From a virus (lineage: Duplodnaviria > Caudoviricetes), in the IMG/VR virus record IMGVR_UViG_3300021400_000612, positions 25,719-89,718 of that record: DNA of 64,000 nucleotides; one strand, given 5' to 3'. The position numbers were made by a program, and so were the translations under genes. The notes under the pieces are model-generated. The model was not told where the DNA came from. It saw only the letters and a list, made by a program, of their open reading frames with translations, and did no database searches. Positions 18,171 to 28,181 of this stretch are shown in pieces. Every line of letters starts with the position of its first letter. Within the stretch, counting starts at the first letter, position 1.

Positions 18171-19145
18171 ATGGGTGAAAATGGTGTTTTTGTTTTCCCT
18201 GATGCAGCTACAGGACATGCTGCTTCTAGTATTGACCCTAATCTTCTGTTGGCTCTTCAAAACAATGGTGGTTTTGGTGGTGGCAACGGAGCCTGGTGGT
18301 GGATTATGTTTATGTGGATGATGTGGGATAGAAATGGTCGTAATGGCAATTTTAATGATTATCTCGCTTCTCATAATGGTTCTGAAGGTCGTCAATATCT
18401 TGCCGAAATTATGAATGGTAGATTTGATAATTTGAATACTCTTGCTCAACTTCTTAATACTTCTGTTGAAGGAATTAAGACTGGTGTATTTGGTTTGCAG
18501 AATTCTATTACTCAGGTTGCTGGTCAAATTGGTATGAGTGGTCTTCAGACTATTAATGCTATTCAGGCTGGTGATACTTCTATTCTGTCTAAACTTTGTG
18601 AGTGCTGCTGTGAGAATCGTCTTGCTATTTGTCAGCAAACTAACGCTCTTCAGTCAACTCTTGCTGCTAATCATGCTGATGATATTCTGCAGTCTGAAAA
18701 GAATGCTGCTGGTCTTCAGCTTCAGCTTGCTCAATTAGATGGTGCTGATAAGTTAGCTATTTGTCAGCAAACTAATACTTTGCAGAATCAGGCTGAGCGT
18801 GATACTAATTCTATTCTTAATGCTATTGCTGGTCAGAATACTCTTATTACGAAAGAGTTCTGTGATTTGAAGGAACGTGAGTTGCAGAATAAGATTAATA
18901 CTCAGGGTGATATTATTACTCAGCTGCGTAATCAAATTAGTAATGACCATCAGACTCTTCAGTTTAATGCTGCTTTCCATGCTCTTGACGATAAGATTGA
19001 TGCTATTGCTGCAAAACAGCCTAACACTGTTCCTGTTCAATGGCCTAATCTTGTAGGCGTTAATGCTACTCCTTATATAGGTCAGGGTTTATATCCTGGT
19101 GCAGGTTATGGTTATAATGGCTTCGGTGGTGGTGTTGTATTTTAA
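18171..19145 (+). CDS. Gly-rich / coiled-coil protein of a gut-phage family
   Basis: NGGFGGGNGAWWWI hydrophobic segment, LCECCCENRLAI, a Gln/Asn-rich coiled-coil and a Gly/Tyr C-terminus. Strong codon bias. Confidence 0.7.
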   Translation: MGENGVFVFPDAATGHAASSIDPNLLLALQNNGGFGGGNGAWWWIMFMWMMWDRNGRNGNFNDYLASHNGSEGRQYLAEIMNGRFDNLNTLAQLLNTSVEGIKTGVFGLQNSITQVAGQIGMSGLQTINAIQAGDTSILSKLCECCCENRLAICQQTNALQSTLAANHADDILQSEKNAAGLQLQLAQLDGADKLAICQQTNTLQNQAERDTNSILNAIAGQNTLITKEFCDLKERELQNKINTQGDIITQLRNQISNDHQTLQFNAAFHALDDKIDAIAAKQPNTVPVQWPNLVGVNATPYIGQGLYPGAGYGYNGFGGGVVF

Positions 19146-19166
19146 TTACGGATAGGAGGTTAAAGT

Positions 19167-19517
19167 ATGAATTGCTGTTTTAATATTTTAGCAACTAATG
19201 CAGGTGGTGTTCCGTATATCGAAAGTACAAATACTACTATCGGTACTGAAACTATTGATATTGCTCTTGGTTTTAGAGCTGTTAAACCTGTAGGATATTT
19301 AACTATCGTTATTAGTGATGTTATTCCTACTGGTACAACAGCAGAACTTCCTGTAACTCTTACTATGAGTTCTATTACAAATAGTACTACTAGAAATTTA
19401 GTGTTACCTAATGGTACTCCAGTAACTGCTGCAGACCTTATCAATGTTAATACTTTACTTGTATTTAACGATAGGAAGAGAGGATTGTTAGTTTTAATGT
19501 CACGTACAATAGATTAA
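19167..19517 (+). CDS. Hypothetical beta-rich protein
   Basis: 116 aa, operonic with 18171. Confidence 0.6.
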   Translation: MNCCFNILATNAGGVPYIESTNTTIGTETIDIALGFRAVKPVGYLTIVISDVIPTGTTAELPVTLTMSSITNSTTRNLVLPNGTPVTAADLINVNTLLVFNDRKRGLLVLMSRTID

Positions 19518-19533
19518 TTAAAAGTGTATAATT

Positions 19534-20028
19534 ATGTTTTCTACTTTAAGTAAAGGTAATGTCCTCTATGGACTAGATAGAACAGATAAAATAAAGTGGT
19601 TTACCGCTTCTGTTGAAAGTGTTACGCCAACAATAGGAAATCATAATCCTAATATGTTTGGTCAAATGCCTGAGTTAAGACTTGATATTGTTTGCAATAT
19701 TAATGGCGAAAAGAAAACTTTCCAACAAGTGCCCAGTAATAGTGCTATTGCTGATTTTGGAGATAAAGCTTTTGTCATTGCAGATAATAAAGATTCTCTG
19801 TATAACTATATTAAAAGTTTGAAAGATAAAAGTAAAGCTGTTGTCGATAGTGCACCTTATCATGAAGCTCTAATTCCCCAGTATGATAGTGTTCTTAATG
19901 AACTTATGCCTGGTAGTGCAAGTAATTCTGATGAAGTTAAAGCACTTAAAGATGAAGTTGGAAGTCTTAAATCTCAGCTAGCTGAGGCAATATCTTTACT
20001 TAAAGAGAAAGCTAAACAAACAAATTAA
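19534..20028 (+). CDS. Hypothetical protein with C-terminal coiled-coil
   Basis: 164 aa, operonic. Confidence 0.6.
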   Translation: MFSTLSKGNVLYGLDRTDKIKWFTASVESVTPTIGNHNPNMFGQMPELRLDIVCNINGEKKTFQQVPSNSAIADFGDKAFVIADNKDSLYNYIKSLKDKSKAVVDSAPYHEALIPQYDSVLNELMPGSASNSDEVKALKDEVGSLKSQLAEAISLLKEKAKQTN

Positions 20029-20033
20029 AGATT

Positions 20034-20261
20034 ATGGTAATAGTTAGATTTCGTAATAAAGAAGAGCATAAAGACCTTCTGAAGAAAGTAAAGAAGATGA
20101 AGGAGTATGCAGAGATGGTAGAAGATTGTCTTGAAGAGTCTATTGAAGATGACGATGAAGATTATCGCTATAATGACGATGATGAGTACGAAGAAACTCG
20201 TCGAGGTGGTGGTCGCTATAGTTATCGTCGTGGAGGTGGCTCTCGTGGTAGTCGTATGTAA
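20034..20261 (+). CDS. Small acidic protein with RGG-like tail
   Basis: Acidic tract EDDDEDYRYNDDDEYEE, then RRGGGRYSYRRGGGSRGSRM. Confidence 0.6.
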   Translation: MVIVRFRNKEEHKDLLKKVKKMKEYAEMVEDCLEESIEDDDEDYRYNDDDEYEETRRGGGRYSYRRGGGSRGSRM

Positions 20262-20285
20262 CTTATAAAATAAAGTAACTAACTA

Positions 20286-20339
20286 GGCAGTGATGCTAAT
20301 TCTTCTCTACGGGGGAGCTTTCAGCTCACTGCCCTTTTT
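20286..20339 (+). terminator. Rho-independent terminator whose loop contains the dispersed motif
   Basis: GGCAGTGA (20286..20293)/TCACTGCC (20326..20333) stem plus TTTTT, with the motif at 20304..20318 inside. Confidence 0.7.
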
Positions 20340-20354
20340 AATAATATTACTATT

Positions 20355-20771
20355 ATGTATCATACAAGAACTGGAAGTTATGATGAAATTCCTGAAGGAA
20401 TGATGTCTTATATTAATAACTATGGTCCTCATTTTAATAAGAAACTTTGTAAAGAAGCTTCTTCTAGAATGTATAAAGTTATTAATGGTAAAAAAGAATA
20501 CATTACTCCTTATACCAAAGAACAAGTTGATGAAATGCTTGAAGCTTATGGTATTAAACTCAAAAGGAATAAATTATATGATGCTGTTTATGTAGCTAAT
20601 ATGTGTCAAGCAGACTTTCTTGGTAAATCTGTTCCAACAGAAGAACATCTTTGCAAATATGTTAAAGATGTAATTGATGATGCAGATGCAGAAGAAGGTT
20701 ATGTATTCAATCGTTTTTATGCTGATTGTATGTTTATGAATAATCCTATTGATTGGGATGATGTTATATGA
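20355..20771 (+). CDS. Hypothetical protein
   Basis: 138 aa (YGPHFNKKLC...LYDAVYVANM...FNRFYAD), with an ATGA overlap with the next gene. Confidence 0.65.
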   Translation: MYHTRTGSYDEIPEGMMSYINNYGPHFNKKLCKEASSRMYKVINGKKEYITPYTKEQVDEMLEAYGIKLKRNKLYDAVYVANMCQADFLGKSVPTEEHLCKYVKDVIDDADAEEGYVFNRFYADCMFMNNPIDWDDVI

Positions 20772-21154
20772 TTAAACAATTAATCGATATTGACGGTTAT
20801 TGGAAAGTTATAGTTTATTATAATGTAGACTATAACTTTTTTGGTGATATAGCTTTTGAACTGAAAGCTATTGGCTCCCCCGTAGAGAAAATTGATAATA
20901 TTTACTACAACCTGAAGTATGAAGCTAAAGCTGTAACTTGTAGTAATATTAAAGAACATATTAGTGTAGTTCTTTTTAATTATCATAAAAGTAGATACGA
21001 TTATATTAATTCTATTATTCATGAAGCTGAACACGTTAAACAGCATATGCTGAAGGCTTATAATGTTGCTGATGAAGGAGAACCTCCAGCATATACTGTT
21101 GGTTACATAGCTATGAGAATGTTAATGATAAATCCAAAGTTGAAACTATTGTAG
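20768..21154 (+). CDS. Small HExxH (minimal zincin-like) protein
   Basis: SIIHEAEHVKQH (HExxH at 21020..21034) and a downstream GEPPAYTVGY. Confidence 0.6.
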   Translation: MIKQLIDIDGYWKVIVYYNVDYNFFGDIAFELKAIGSPVEKIDNIYYNLKYEAKAVTCSNIKEHISVVLFNYHKSRYDYINSIIHEAEHVKQHMLKAYNVADEGEPPAYTVGYIAMRMLMINPKLKLL

Positions 21155-21267
21155 ATAATATTGCTTATAGGATTTAAAAATCTATAATTATAACATTTTT
21201 TAACATAATAATTCTTGTTATTTTGCAAGAAATTTGTTAAATTTGCAGGCATCAGTGATGGTGTCTG

Positions 21268-21385
21268 TAATTATTATAATTATATAAATAATAATATTAA
21301 TTATATTAATAATATTAAATATATAAATTAAAATAAATATAATATAAATATTAAATAAAATATTAATAATAATATAAATATAATT
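21268..21385. other. 118-bp tract containing only A and T
   Basis: No G or C between G21267 and C21386; intergenic. Confidence 0.95.
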
Positions 21386-21505
21386 CCTCCGTATAGAGAA
21401 GTAGATAAAGTTTAGAACCACTCAGATTAATTCCGAGTTGTTAATGCTACAACTCTTCTACGGGGGAACTTTCTTTTAGATAAAACTTATAATAAACAAA
21501 ATAAT

Positions 21506-22189
21506 ATGGCTAGTATTGCTCAACTTGTTTCAGAAATGGCTCATGCTGTACGTCAGCCAAATAATAAGGCATTAAGAGAAAATCTTAAACTTCTTATTAT
21601 TCAGACTCGTAATGAGATTATTCGACGCAGTTATGAGAATCATGGTTATGTTGATAAAATTCTTACTCAGAGATTTAAAGTTAGTCTTACCACAGTAAAT
21701 GATGGTGATGTTGAATTACCTGAGGAGTATGATGATTATGACATTACAAAAATTAAAAGAACATTACAAAAGGTTCCTCGTCCTGTTAGGCTTACTAATA
21801 ATCTTCCTTTTGACAGAGTTAGTTCCGCAGGTTTTAAAACTAATAGAGAGTTTCCGTACATTAAGGAAACGTCTGCTAGATTTAGAAGTGCTGTACCTGG
21901 TCTTTGTGGTATGCCTTGTTATGATTATATTAACGAGTATATTTATATATTTCCAGTTGATTGCAAACCTTTTGAGTTAGATAAGATTGTTATTGAATCT
22001 GCTTTTGAACATCCTAATGAGATTTCTCTTATTAATGGAACAGAAACTCCTGACAGTATTTGGCTAGATGAAAATGAATATCTTCTTAGTGAAGATATGA
22101 TTGGTCAACTTAAGGAGATTATTTATAAGAGAGACCTTATTAGTACTGTTCGTGAAACAGATGAAATTCCAAACGCTATTAAATATTAA
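21506..22189 (+). CDS. Putative tail ring/structural protein
   Basis: 227 aa, first gene of the tail block after the accessory cassette. Confidence 0.55.
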   Translation: MASIAQLVSEMAHAVRQPNNKALRENLKLLIIQTRNEIIRRSYENHGYVDKILTQRFKVSLTTVNDGDVELPEEYDDYDITKIKRTLQKVPRPVRLTNNLPFDRVSSAGFKTNREFPYIKETSARFRSAVPGLCGMPCYDYINEYIYIFPVDCKPFELDKIVIESAFEHPNEISLINGTETPDSIWLDENEYLLSEDMIGQLKEIIYKRDLISTVRETDEIPNAIKY

Positions 22190-22201
22190 TCTTAGATTAT
22201 C

Positions 22202-23158
22202 ATGGCTATAAAAGAAATTCCAACTAATTTCAGGGTCTATTATAAAAGTATGAAAGATGCTATTGGACCTAAATATGAAAAAGCAGTTGATGATTATGAG
22301 AAAGGACTTGTTGAAGAAAGAGCTCTTTATGATGATATTAAGTTAAAAGCTGAAACATACAAAAATGTTTATAAACTTGACCTTATGCAGATTCCTGAGT
22401 TTGTAGAAAATGAATACATTGACGGAACTTTTTATGATAATGCTAAGGAATTGTTTTTAAATAGAAAGAAAGCGTATATTGCAACAAATCCTGCTTATAA
22501 TATTTATAAACTAGCTCGTAAACAAAAAGAACTGCATGAACTTAAACATCAAATAGATGTATATGAAAAGATGCTTGATGTAACTCTTGACCAATATCAA
22601 AAAATACTTCAAGCATTCTATAATGAAGTTCATAAGAAACTTATAATAGATGGTTACGGTTATGTATTTGAAAGTCCTATAGGTTGGACTTGCATTAATA
22701 GATGCAAAATTGTTGAAGGTAAACGTAAGCATCTTGATTACAATGCAACAAAACTTAATAAACAAAAACTTGTTGCAGAAGGTAAAAGACTTTGGAACAA
22801 AGAAGAAGCTGAATATGCAAAGAGTATTGGCGCAGATTATAATGGTGTAGATTACAGAGTTTATCTTAACGGAGAAGTTTGTTATGAAATGCCGCTTATA
22901 AATTGCAGACTTAACACTGGAGAGAAATATAGATTAACTCCTACATTTGCTAGACGTCATGTTAAAGGAAAGACAAATGAACAGCTTATTAATGAATGTG
23001 ATAGAGATTTAAATAAGATTTGTGAACTTCCTGTTGATGTTAAACTTAAGCTTAAACTTTGTTTAGAAACTGATAATATTTTATATTTAAATTTTATAAG
23101 AAATGAAGCTCAACAATCAGCTCACACTCCAAAGGCTAATAGGAAAAATCGACAATGA
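22202..23158 (+). CDS. Conserved crAss-like protein (possibly IHF/HU-like region)
   Basis: 318 aa with a helical N-terminus. The GYGYVFESPIGWTCI segment loosely resembles an HU/IHF-type strand. Confidence 0.45.
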   Translation: MAIKEIPTNFRVYYKSMKDAIGPKYEKAVDDYEKGLVEERALYDDIKLKAETYKNVYKLDLMQIPEFVENEYIDGTFYDNAKELFLNRKKAYIATNPAYNIYKLARKQKELHELKHQIDVYEKMLDVTLDQYQKILQAFYNEVHKKLIIDGYGYVFESPIGWTCINRCKIVEGKRKHLDYNATKLNKQKLVAEGKRLWNKEEAEYAKSIGADYNGVDYRVYLNGEVCYEMPLINCRLNTGEKYRLTPTFARRHVKGKTNEQLINECDRDLNKICELPVDVKLKLKLCLETDNILYLNFIRNEAQQSAHTPKANRKNRQ

Positions 23159-23846
23159 TTTTAATATTAGTGAAAGCGATTGGATTCCTAGAGTAGCTGC
23201 GTGGACTATAGATGCTCTTTCTCAAATGAAAGTTCTACCTATGGAACGTAAACGTAGAAAGCTTGAGGTTTCTAATAGAATTGCGCAATTCCCCTGCACT
23301 ATTAATGCAGAGGAACTTCGTGTTTTTGATAGTAATGGTGTTGAGATACCTGCTTTTGATAGAGAAAAAGATTGCAAGTGTCCTAAGTCCACAATTCCTT
23401 CTACGGGGGAGCAAATTGCTATCACAAATCCTAAAGCTCCAAATGGTTGGGAAACAACACAAGTTGCTGATATTGTAAATCCTAATGGTAGAAACTTTGT
23501 TCTTGATTGTAATAATATAGATTTAAGTTTTGATACTGATAGTATTACAGTAGAAACATTTGAGGTTGCAACATATCATGATGATTACTATGATTGTGAA
23601 TGTCCTTACATTTATGATGATGGTCTTTTACTTGAAGCTCTTGCTTGGTATTGTATGTTTAAATATCTTAGTAGAGGTAGTAAGCATCCAGTATATGATT
23701 TGAAATCTCCTAGTCCTGCAATTAATCCATTTATTCAATGGAATACTCTTAGACCTAGAGCAGCAGCTTCTGTTAAAGGAAAACTTGCTAATACTGAAGG
23801 TTGGAATAACTTCTTTTATAATAGTACTTTTTTACCTAGAGGTTAA
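23103..23846 (+). CDS. Putative tail tubular/ring protein (P22 gp4-like)
   Basis: 247 aa, immediately upstream of the stabilisation protein, as in crAss gene order. Confidence 0.5.
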   Translation: MKLNNQLTLQRLIGKIDNDFNISESDWIPRVAAWTIDALSQMKVLPMERKRRKLEVSNRIAQFPCTINAEELRVFDSNGVEIPAFDREKDCKCPKSTIPSTGEQIAITNPKAPNGWETTQVADIVNPNGRNFVLDCNNIDLSFDTDSITVETFEVATYHDDYYDCECPYIYDDGLLLEALAWYCMFKYLSRGSKHPVYDLKSPSPAINPFIQWNTLRPRAAASVKGKLANTEGWNNFFYNSTFLPRG

Positions 23847-23849
23847 GAT

Positions 23850-26800
23850 ATGAAAGTTAAACCAAAGTTATACTTAAATATGAGTCCTCAGACTGCTGAA
23901 GATGGCAGTCTTGCTTTTGCTAGGAACATGAAGATAGATGATGATGGTAATCTTGTATCTGACTATGGTTATAAGAATATCAGTGCTATGGCTAACTATA
24001 ATATAGTTGGTCATATTGTTGGTTTAGATAACAAGATTTATTTCTTCTGTCATACTAACAATGTAAGTAAAATAGTTGAATATGATGAGAATTTAGAAAC
24101 AGCTACTGAACTTACTACAACCTGGACTTATAGTGGTGGTGAGATTGATGGTTATGTAAATACTAATCAAAGTGGTGAAAAGATTCTTACTATAGGTGAG
24201 TATTTAGATAACGGAAGTGAGATTCCTCTTAAACACATCAATCTTAAATTTGCTAATGTAGAACAAAGTTTATATAGTCAAGCTCCTAAATGTCCTACTG
24301 CAAATCTAGTTCTTACTGATACATATGTTAAGACTATTCCAAATGGTGTATATGTTTTCTTTATTCGTTATAAGATTAGAAAAGATGTATATACTAATTG
24401 GTTCCTTTGTAGTCGTCCTATATTTGGAGGTACTTCTGAAAAAATTACTACTCTTCAAGGAGGTTTAAGTTATATCAATCTTCATAAAGATTCAGCTAAA
24501 TCTTTTGTATTTCATTTAGACTTTGCTCAGGCTGCTAACATTGCTTCTTATAAAGAGTTTCAATTAGGATTCATTATTACTCACGATGAAGCTACTGATG
24601 CTCGTATGTGGAAACATTTTGATATGACTCAGTTTAATCCTAATGGTGGTAATATTTATTTTGATTATGAAGATGTAAAAGAAGCTAATATAGATGATTT
24701 ACTTGAAACAACTTATGAACTTTATAATGTTCGTAATGTTACAGCATTCAAAAATAAATTATATATTAGTAATTATATAGAAAGTAATTTTAATCCTGAT
24801 GACCTAGATTCCCTTGCTAGTCATATATCATTAAGTGAAGTTCATTCTGGAGGTACTAATGTAAATTATAAAAACCTTAAGCTTAATGGTGCTGATTTGG
24901 TATACAATAACAGTAAAGGTTATTATGATAGCGTAAACGGCGGCGGTAGTATTCTTCCTTTTTTGTCTAGATATTCTTTTAATTATGATATAACAAAGTT
25001 ATCTAAAACAAATAGTAAAGAAAAACAAGATATTGTTAAATTTGACCTCATTTGGAAAAGTGATTATAATCCAGATATTGCTGTAGTTTATAATATTTAT
25101 AATTATCTTTACGGTAAACAAGTATTTGGTCCTGATTATGCTGACCCTTATGAATTTACTATAAGTTCTTTGCCTGGCGGTAGTTGGATAAATGAAGGTC
25201 TAGGTATTAAATATGCAGCTATGGGCAATAATCTTTGGGTTTATCAACGTTCTGCTAATCAACATCCTTGGGATGACTTAGGACTTACTTTTGCTTTTGG
25301 GTCTTTTAGTACAGGAGATAGTGGTAAAGCTTATGCTAGACAAGATTGCTCTTACTTTAATAAGTTTAGTTATGGTCAATGGGGTATAGAGCCTACATAT
25401 GGCTGGGTTACTCGTGATTCTGGGTTTACAAGTGTTGCTAAATCAGCAATGATAACTAAACTTAAAGAAGATATTGCTAGTAAAAGTTTTTGGGGAAAAG
25501 CTTATCTTGAAGTAACATCTGGTGCTAAGGTATACACTATAGACTATCAAGATAGAATGGATTTGGATAATTATGCAGGTTATAATTCTGACATAGTAAC
25601 ACTTTCAGATTCTCTTTTCTCTACTGAAACTATTTCCTATTCACTTCAAAATTATATTCAAGGTTGGGTATATGATGCAATTTCTAATTCAAGTTCATTT
25701 AGGGGTATAGACGAAAATGGTACTCCTATACTATCTATAAATGGGGAAGAAATAAGAGTTAATAGTATATCTGTTAAATTTAAAAAATTTGAATTTAGCC
25801 TTGAAGTAGATGATGTAGAAGACAATGATAGTAAAATTTATAAGACTGGTAAAGTTGCATTAAAGACTACAGATTATGTATCTCTTTGTACTTTTATTAT
25901 TAAAAGTTCTTCTCTTAAAGTTACAGATACAGCAGGTAATTCAGTTCAAGCATCTACCCTTATGCCTTTATCTACTTATCAACCTTATGTACACTTTGTA
26001 GATGAGCATAATATTGTTACTAACGGTGTTAAACTTCCTCAGTTTACTACAGGTTTATCTCAATCTGATAAAGATATTATAACATTAAATTATGCTATTT
26101 CTAATTTACCAACTAATAAGTACAAGTCTTGCTTTATATCTTTAGTTAATGTTGGTGATATAGTAATTGAGGCATTTGACTATAGTAAGGACCCAAATAA
26201 TAATAATGTTCACATTATACATAGTATAGAACTAGATTCTATGTTATATAATCTTAATGATAATATTACTGTTAAGATATATAATAAGAGTACAGGTATT
26301 TTAGCTGCTACAATAACTGATGCTAAGTATTATTCTAGTGGTTCTAACTATCCGCCATTAGCTTTTGGTAATTGTGGTTATGTAAGTTGGGAAGATACTC
26401 ATACTTGGGGTAATCATATGTTCTATATCATAGTTACTAGAAATAAAACTGCTGAAAACATAAATGAACTTCCTAAGTCAAGTAGTTATATTCCTTTTGT
26501 AAATACAAGTAGTACACCAATTCCTGATGGTTATTATGGGAGTTGGCTTTGTCTTGTTAAAAAACCAAACTTTGTACTTTCATCTAGTTGTTATGTTTCT
26601 GGTAAAGATGTTTATGCTGTAAATAGAACTGCTGCACTTAGTCTTAGTGAATTTAAGAGCTTTATTCAAGTACAAGATAGTGTTACTTACTTTGTTCGTA
26701 GTAATTTTAATCTGAACTATTTAAGTCTTACAGAAGATATAACAGATACAATTTTTACTGTAGGTGCTGCAAGTGCTGGTGTTAAGCAAGTTGCAAAAGT

Positions 26801-28178
26801 TATCAATTCTGCTATTCTTAGTTTTATCTATGAACTTAAATCTATGTATAAAGATTTCTCTAATAAATCTTTTAGAAGATTTGATTCTGATTATAAGATA
26901 GACTTTGATAATACTGTAAGAGTCAGTCATGTTCTTTCTGATGAAACATTTAATAATTCTATATTTAAATTTAGTGCAGAAGATTATTACAATGTTCCAA
27001 CAGATAGAGGTATAATTGTAAATTTGTTTGCAATAGGTACTAACATTTTTGTTCATACTAAAACAGCATTCTATAAATTTGATGGTAATCAAACTATAGC
27101 TGCATCAAACAACGATATAACTCTTCAAGAGTCTGAACCTTTTGAAACTGGTGTTACTCAGTTGTTTGATTCTGAGTATGGTTATGGTGGTATCTATAAC
27201 AAAGAGGCTGGTTGTATAACTTTTGATTCTTATATCTTCTATGATGCAATGAGTAATCATATCTTTGCCTACGGAGGTAATAGTCAAGTACAACTTATTG
27301 ATGCTAGCATTTATAAAATGCTTTGCTATTATAAGCCTACTTATTGTAGAACCCTTCACGATGATGCAAATCATAGAGTACTATTTGAATTTACAACAGA
27401 TAAGACTGCTGGTACTTATAAGACTTTCACTATAAGTTATAACTATAAATCTAAGAGCTTTGTATCTCTTCATGATTTAAGTCTTGTTAATGCTTTCCAT
27501 AGTAGGTATATATCTTATTCTTATAAGAGTGGTTTAATTTCTTTGTTTAATGAAACTTCAACAATAGATAACACTCCATTAGTTCAAGATATTAATGTTT
27601 ATAAAATCTATGGTAATGCTACAACAGTTTGCTTTATTCAATTTGGAGCTGATACTCAAGAGGTTCAATCTTCTCCTTTCAATATTGCAGTTGTTATATT
27701 TCCACAAGACAATTATAGAACAGCATTTAATAATTTGAAATATATAGGCGATGTAGTTAAAGATAATTATGATGAGAAAACTAATTATGAAGTAATTAAA
27801 TTCCCTCAAATAACTAGAACTAATCCTGTAAGTAAATTCTATGTTATAACTGATAGATGTGTTTCTACTCCTGTAAGCGGTGATGTTAATGACGCACAAA
27901 GACCTGCTAATCCTGACGATTATAAAGGTTTCAAATTTGACATGGGAAGTTGGAATACTAACTATTTTAGAAACGCATTAAATGATACAAATATTTATCA
28001 GTATCCTAATCAGCCAGGCGTTAATGAACCTGTTGCAGGTGGACAAACTGTTACAAGATATCCTAATACTGATAATAACTCTCTTGTTTACGGTAAATAC
28101 TTTATATTAGTTTTTGATTTTATAAAGAATAGACCTATTAAATTTGAAGAAGTAAGTGTAAATTCTAATCAATATTAA
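23850..28178 (+). CDS. Tail stabilisation / muzzle protein (P22 gp10-like)
   Basis: 1442 aa, beta-rich. The N-terminus PKLYLNMSP...DGSLAFARNM and C-terminal YGKYFIL are characteristic, and it precedes the cargo genes. Confidence 0.7.
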   Translation: MKVKPKLYLNMSPQTAEDGSLAFARNMKIDDDGNLVSDYGYKNISAMANYNIVGHIVGLDNKIYFFCHTNNVSKIVEYDENLETATELTTTWTYSGGEIDGYVNTNQSGEKILTIGEYLDNGSEIPLKHINLKFANVEQSLYSQAPKCPTANLVLTDTYVKTIPNGVYVFFIRYKIRKDVYTNWFLCSRPIFGGTSEKITTLQGGLSYINLHKDSAKSFVFHLDFAQAANIASYKEFQLGFIITHDEATDARMWKHFDMTQFNPNGGNIYFDYEDVKEANIDDLLETTYELYNVRNVTAFKNKLYISNYIESNFNPDDLDSLASHISLSEVHSGGTNVNYKNLKLNGADLVYNNSKGYYDSVNGGGSILPFLSRYSFNYDITKLSKTNSKEKQDIVKFDLIWKSDYNPDIAVVYNIYNYLYGKQVFGPDYADPYEFTISSLPGGSWINEGLGIKYAAMGNNLWVYQRSANQHPWDDLGLTFAFGSFSTGDSGKAYARQDCSYFNKFSYGQWGIEPTYGWVTRDSGFTSVAKSAMITKLKEDIASKSFWGKAYLEVTSGAKVYTIDYQDRMDLDNYAGYNSDIVTLSDSLFSTETISYSLQNYIQGWVYDAISNSSSFRGIDENGTPILSINGEEIRVNSISVKFKKFEFSLEVDDVEDNDSKIYKTGKVALKTTDYVSLCTFIIKSSSLKVTDTAGNSVQASTLMPLSTYQPYVHFVDEHNIVTNGVKLPQFTTGLSQSDKDIITLNYAISNLPTNKYKSCFISLVNVGDIVIEAFDYSKDPNNNNVHIIHSIELDSMLYNLNDNITVKIYNKSTGILAATITDAKYYSSGSNYPPLAFGNCGYVSWEDTHTWGNHMFYIIVTRNKTAENINELPKSSSYIPFVNTSSTPIPDGYYGSWLCLVKKPNFVLSSSCYVSGKDVYAVNRTAALSLSEFKSFIQVQDSVTYFVRSNFNLNYLSLTEDITDTIFTVGAASAGVKQVAKVINSAILSFIYELKSMYKDFSNKSFRRFDSDYKIDFDNTVRVSHVLSDETFNNSIFKFSAEDYYNVPTDRGIIVNLFAIGTNIFVHTKTAFYKFDGNQTIAASNNDITLQESEPFETGVTQLFDSEYGYGGIYNKEAGCITFDSYIFYDAMSNHIFAYGGNSQVQLIDASIYKMLCYYKPTYCRTLHDDANHRVLFEFTTDKTAGTYKTFTISYNYKSKSFVSLHDLSLVNAFHSRYISYSYKSGLISLFNETSTIDNTPLVQDINVYKIYGNATTVCFIQFGADTQEVQSSPFNIAVVIFPQDNYRTAFNNLKYIGDVVKDNYDEKTNYEVIKFPQITRTNPVSKFYVITDRCVSTPVSGDVNDAQRPANPDDYKGFKFDMGSWNTNYFRNALNDTNIYQYPNQPGVNEPVAGGQTVTRYPNTDNNSLVYGKYFILVFDFIKNRPIKFEEVSVNSNQY

Positions 28179-28181
28179 AAT

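Noticed and set aside
21218-21421. 67-aa Ile/Asn-rich ORF on the - strand
   Set aside because: It is a by-product of the A/T-only tract and runs antisense to all neighbours.
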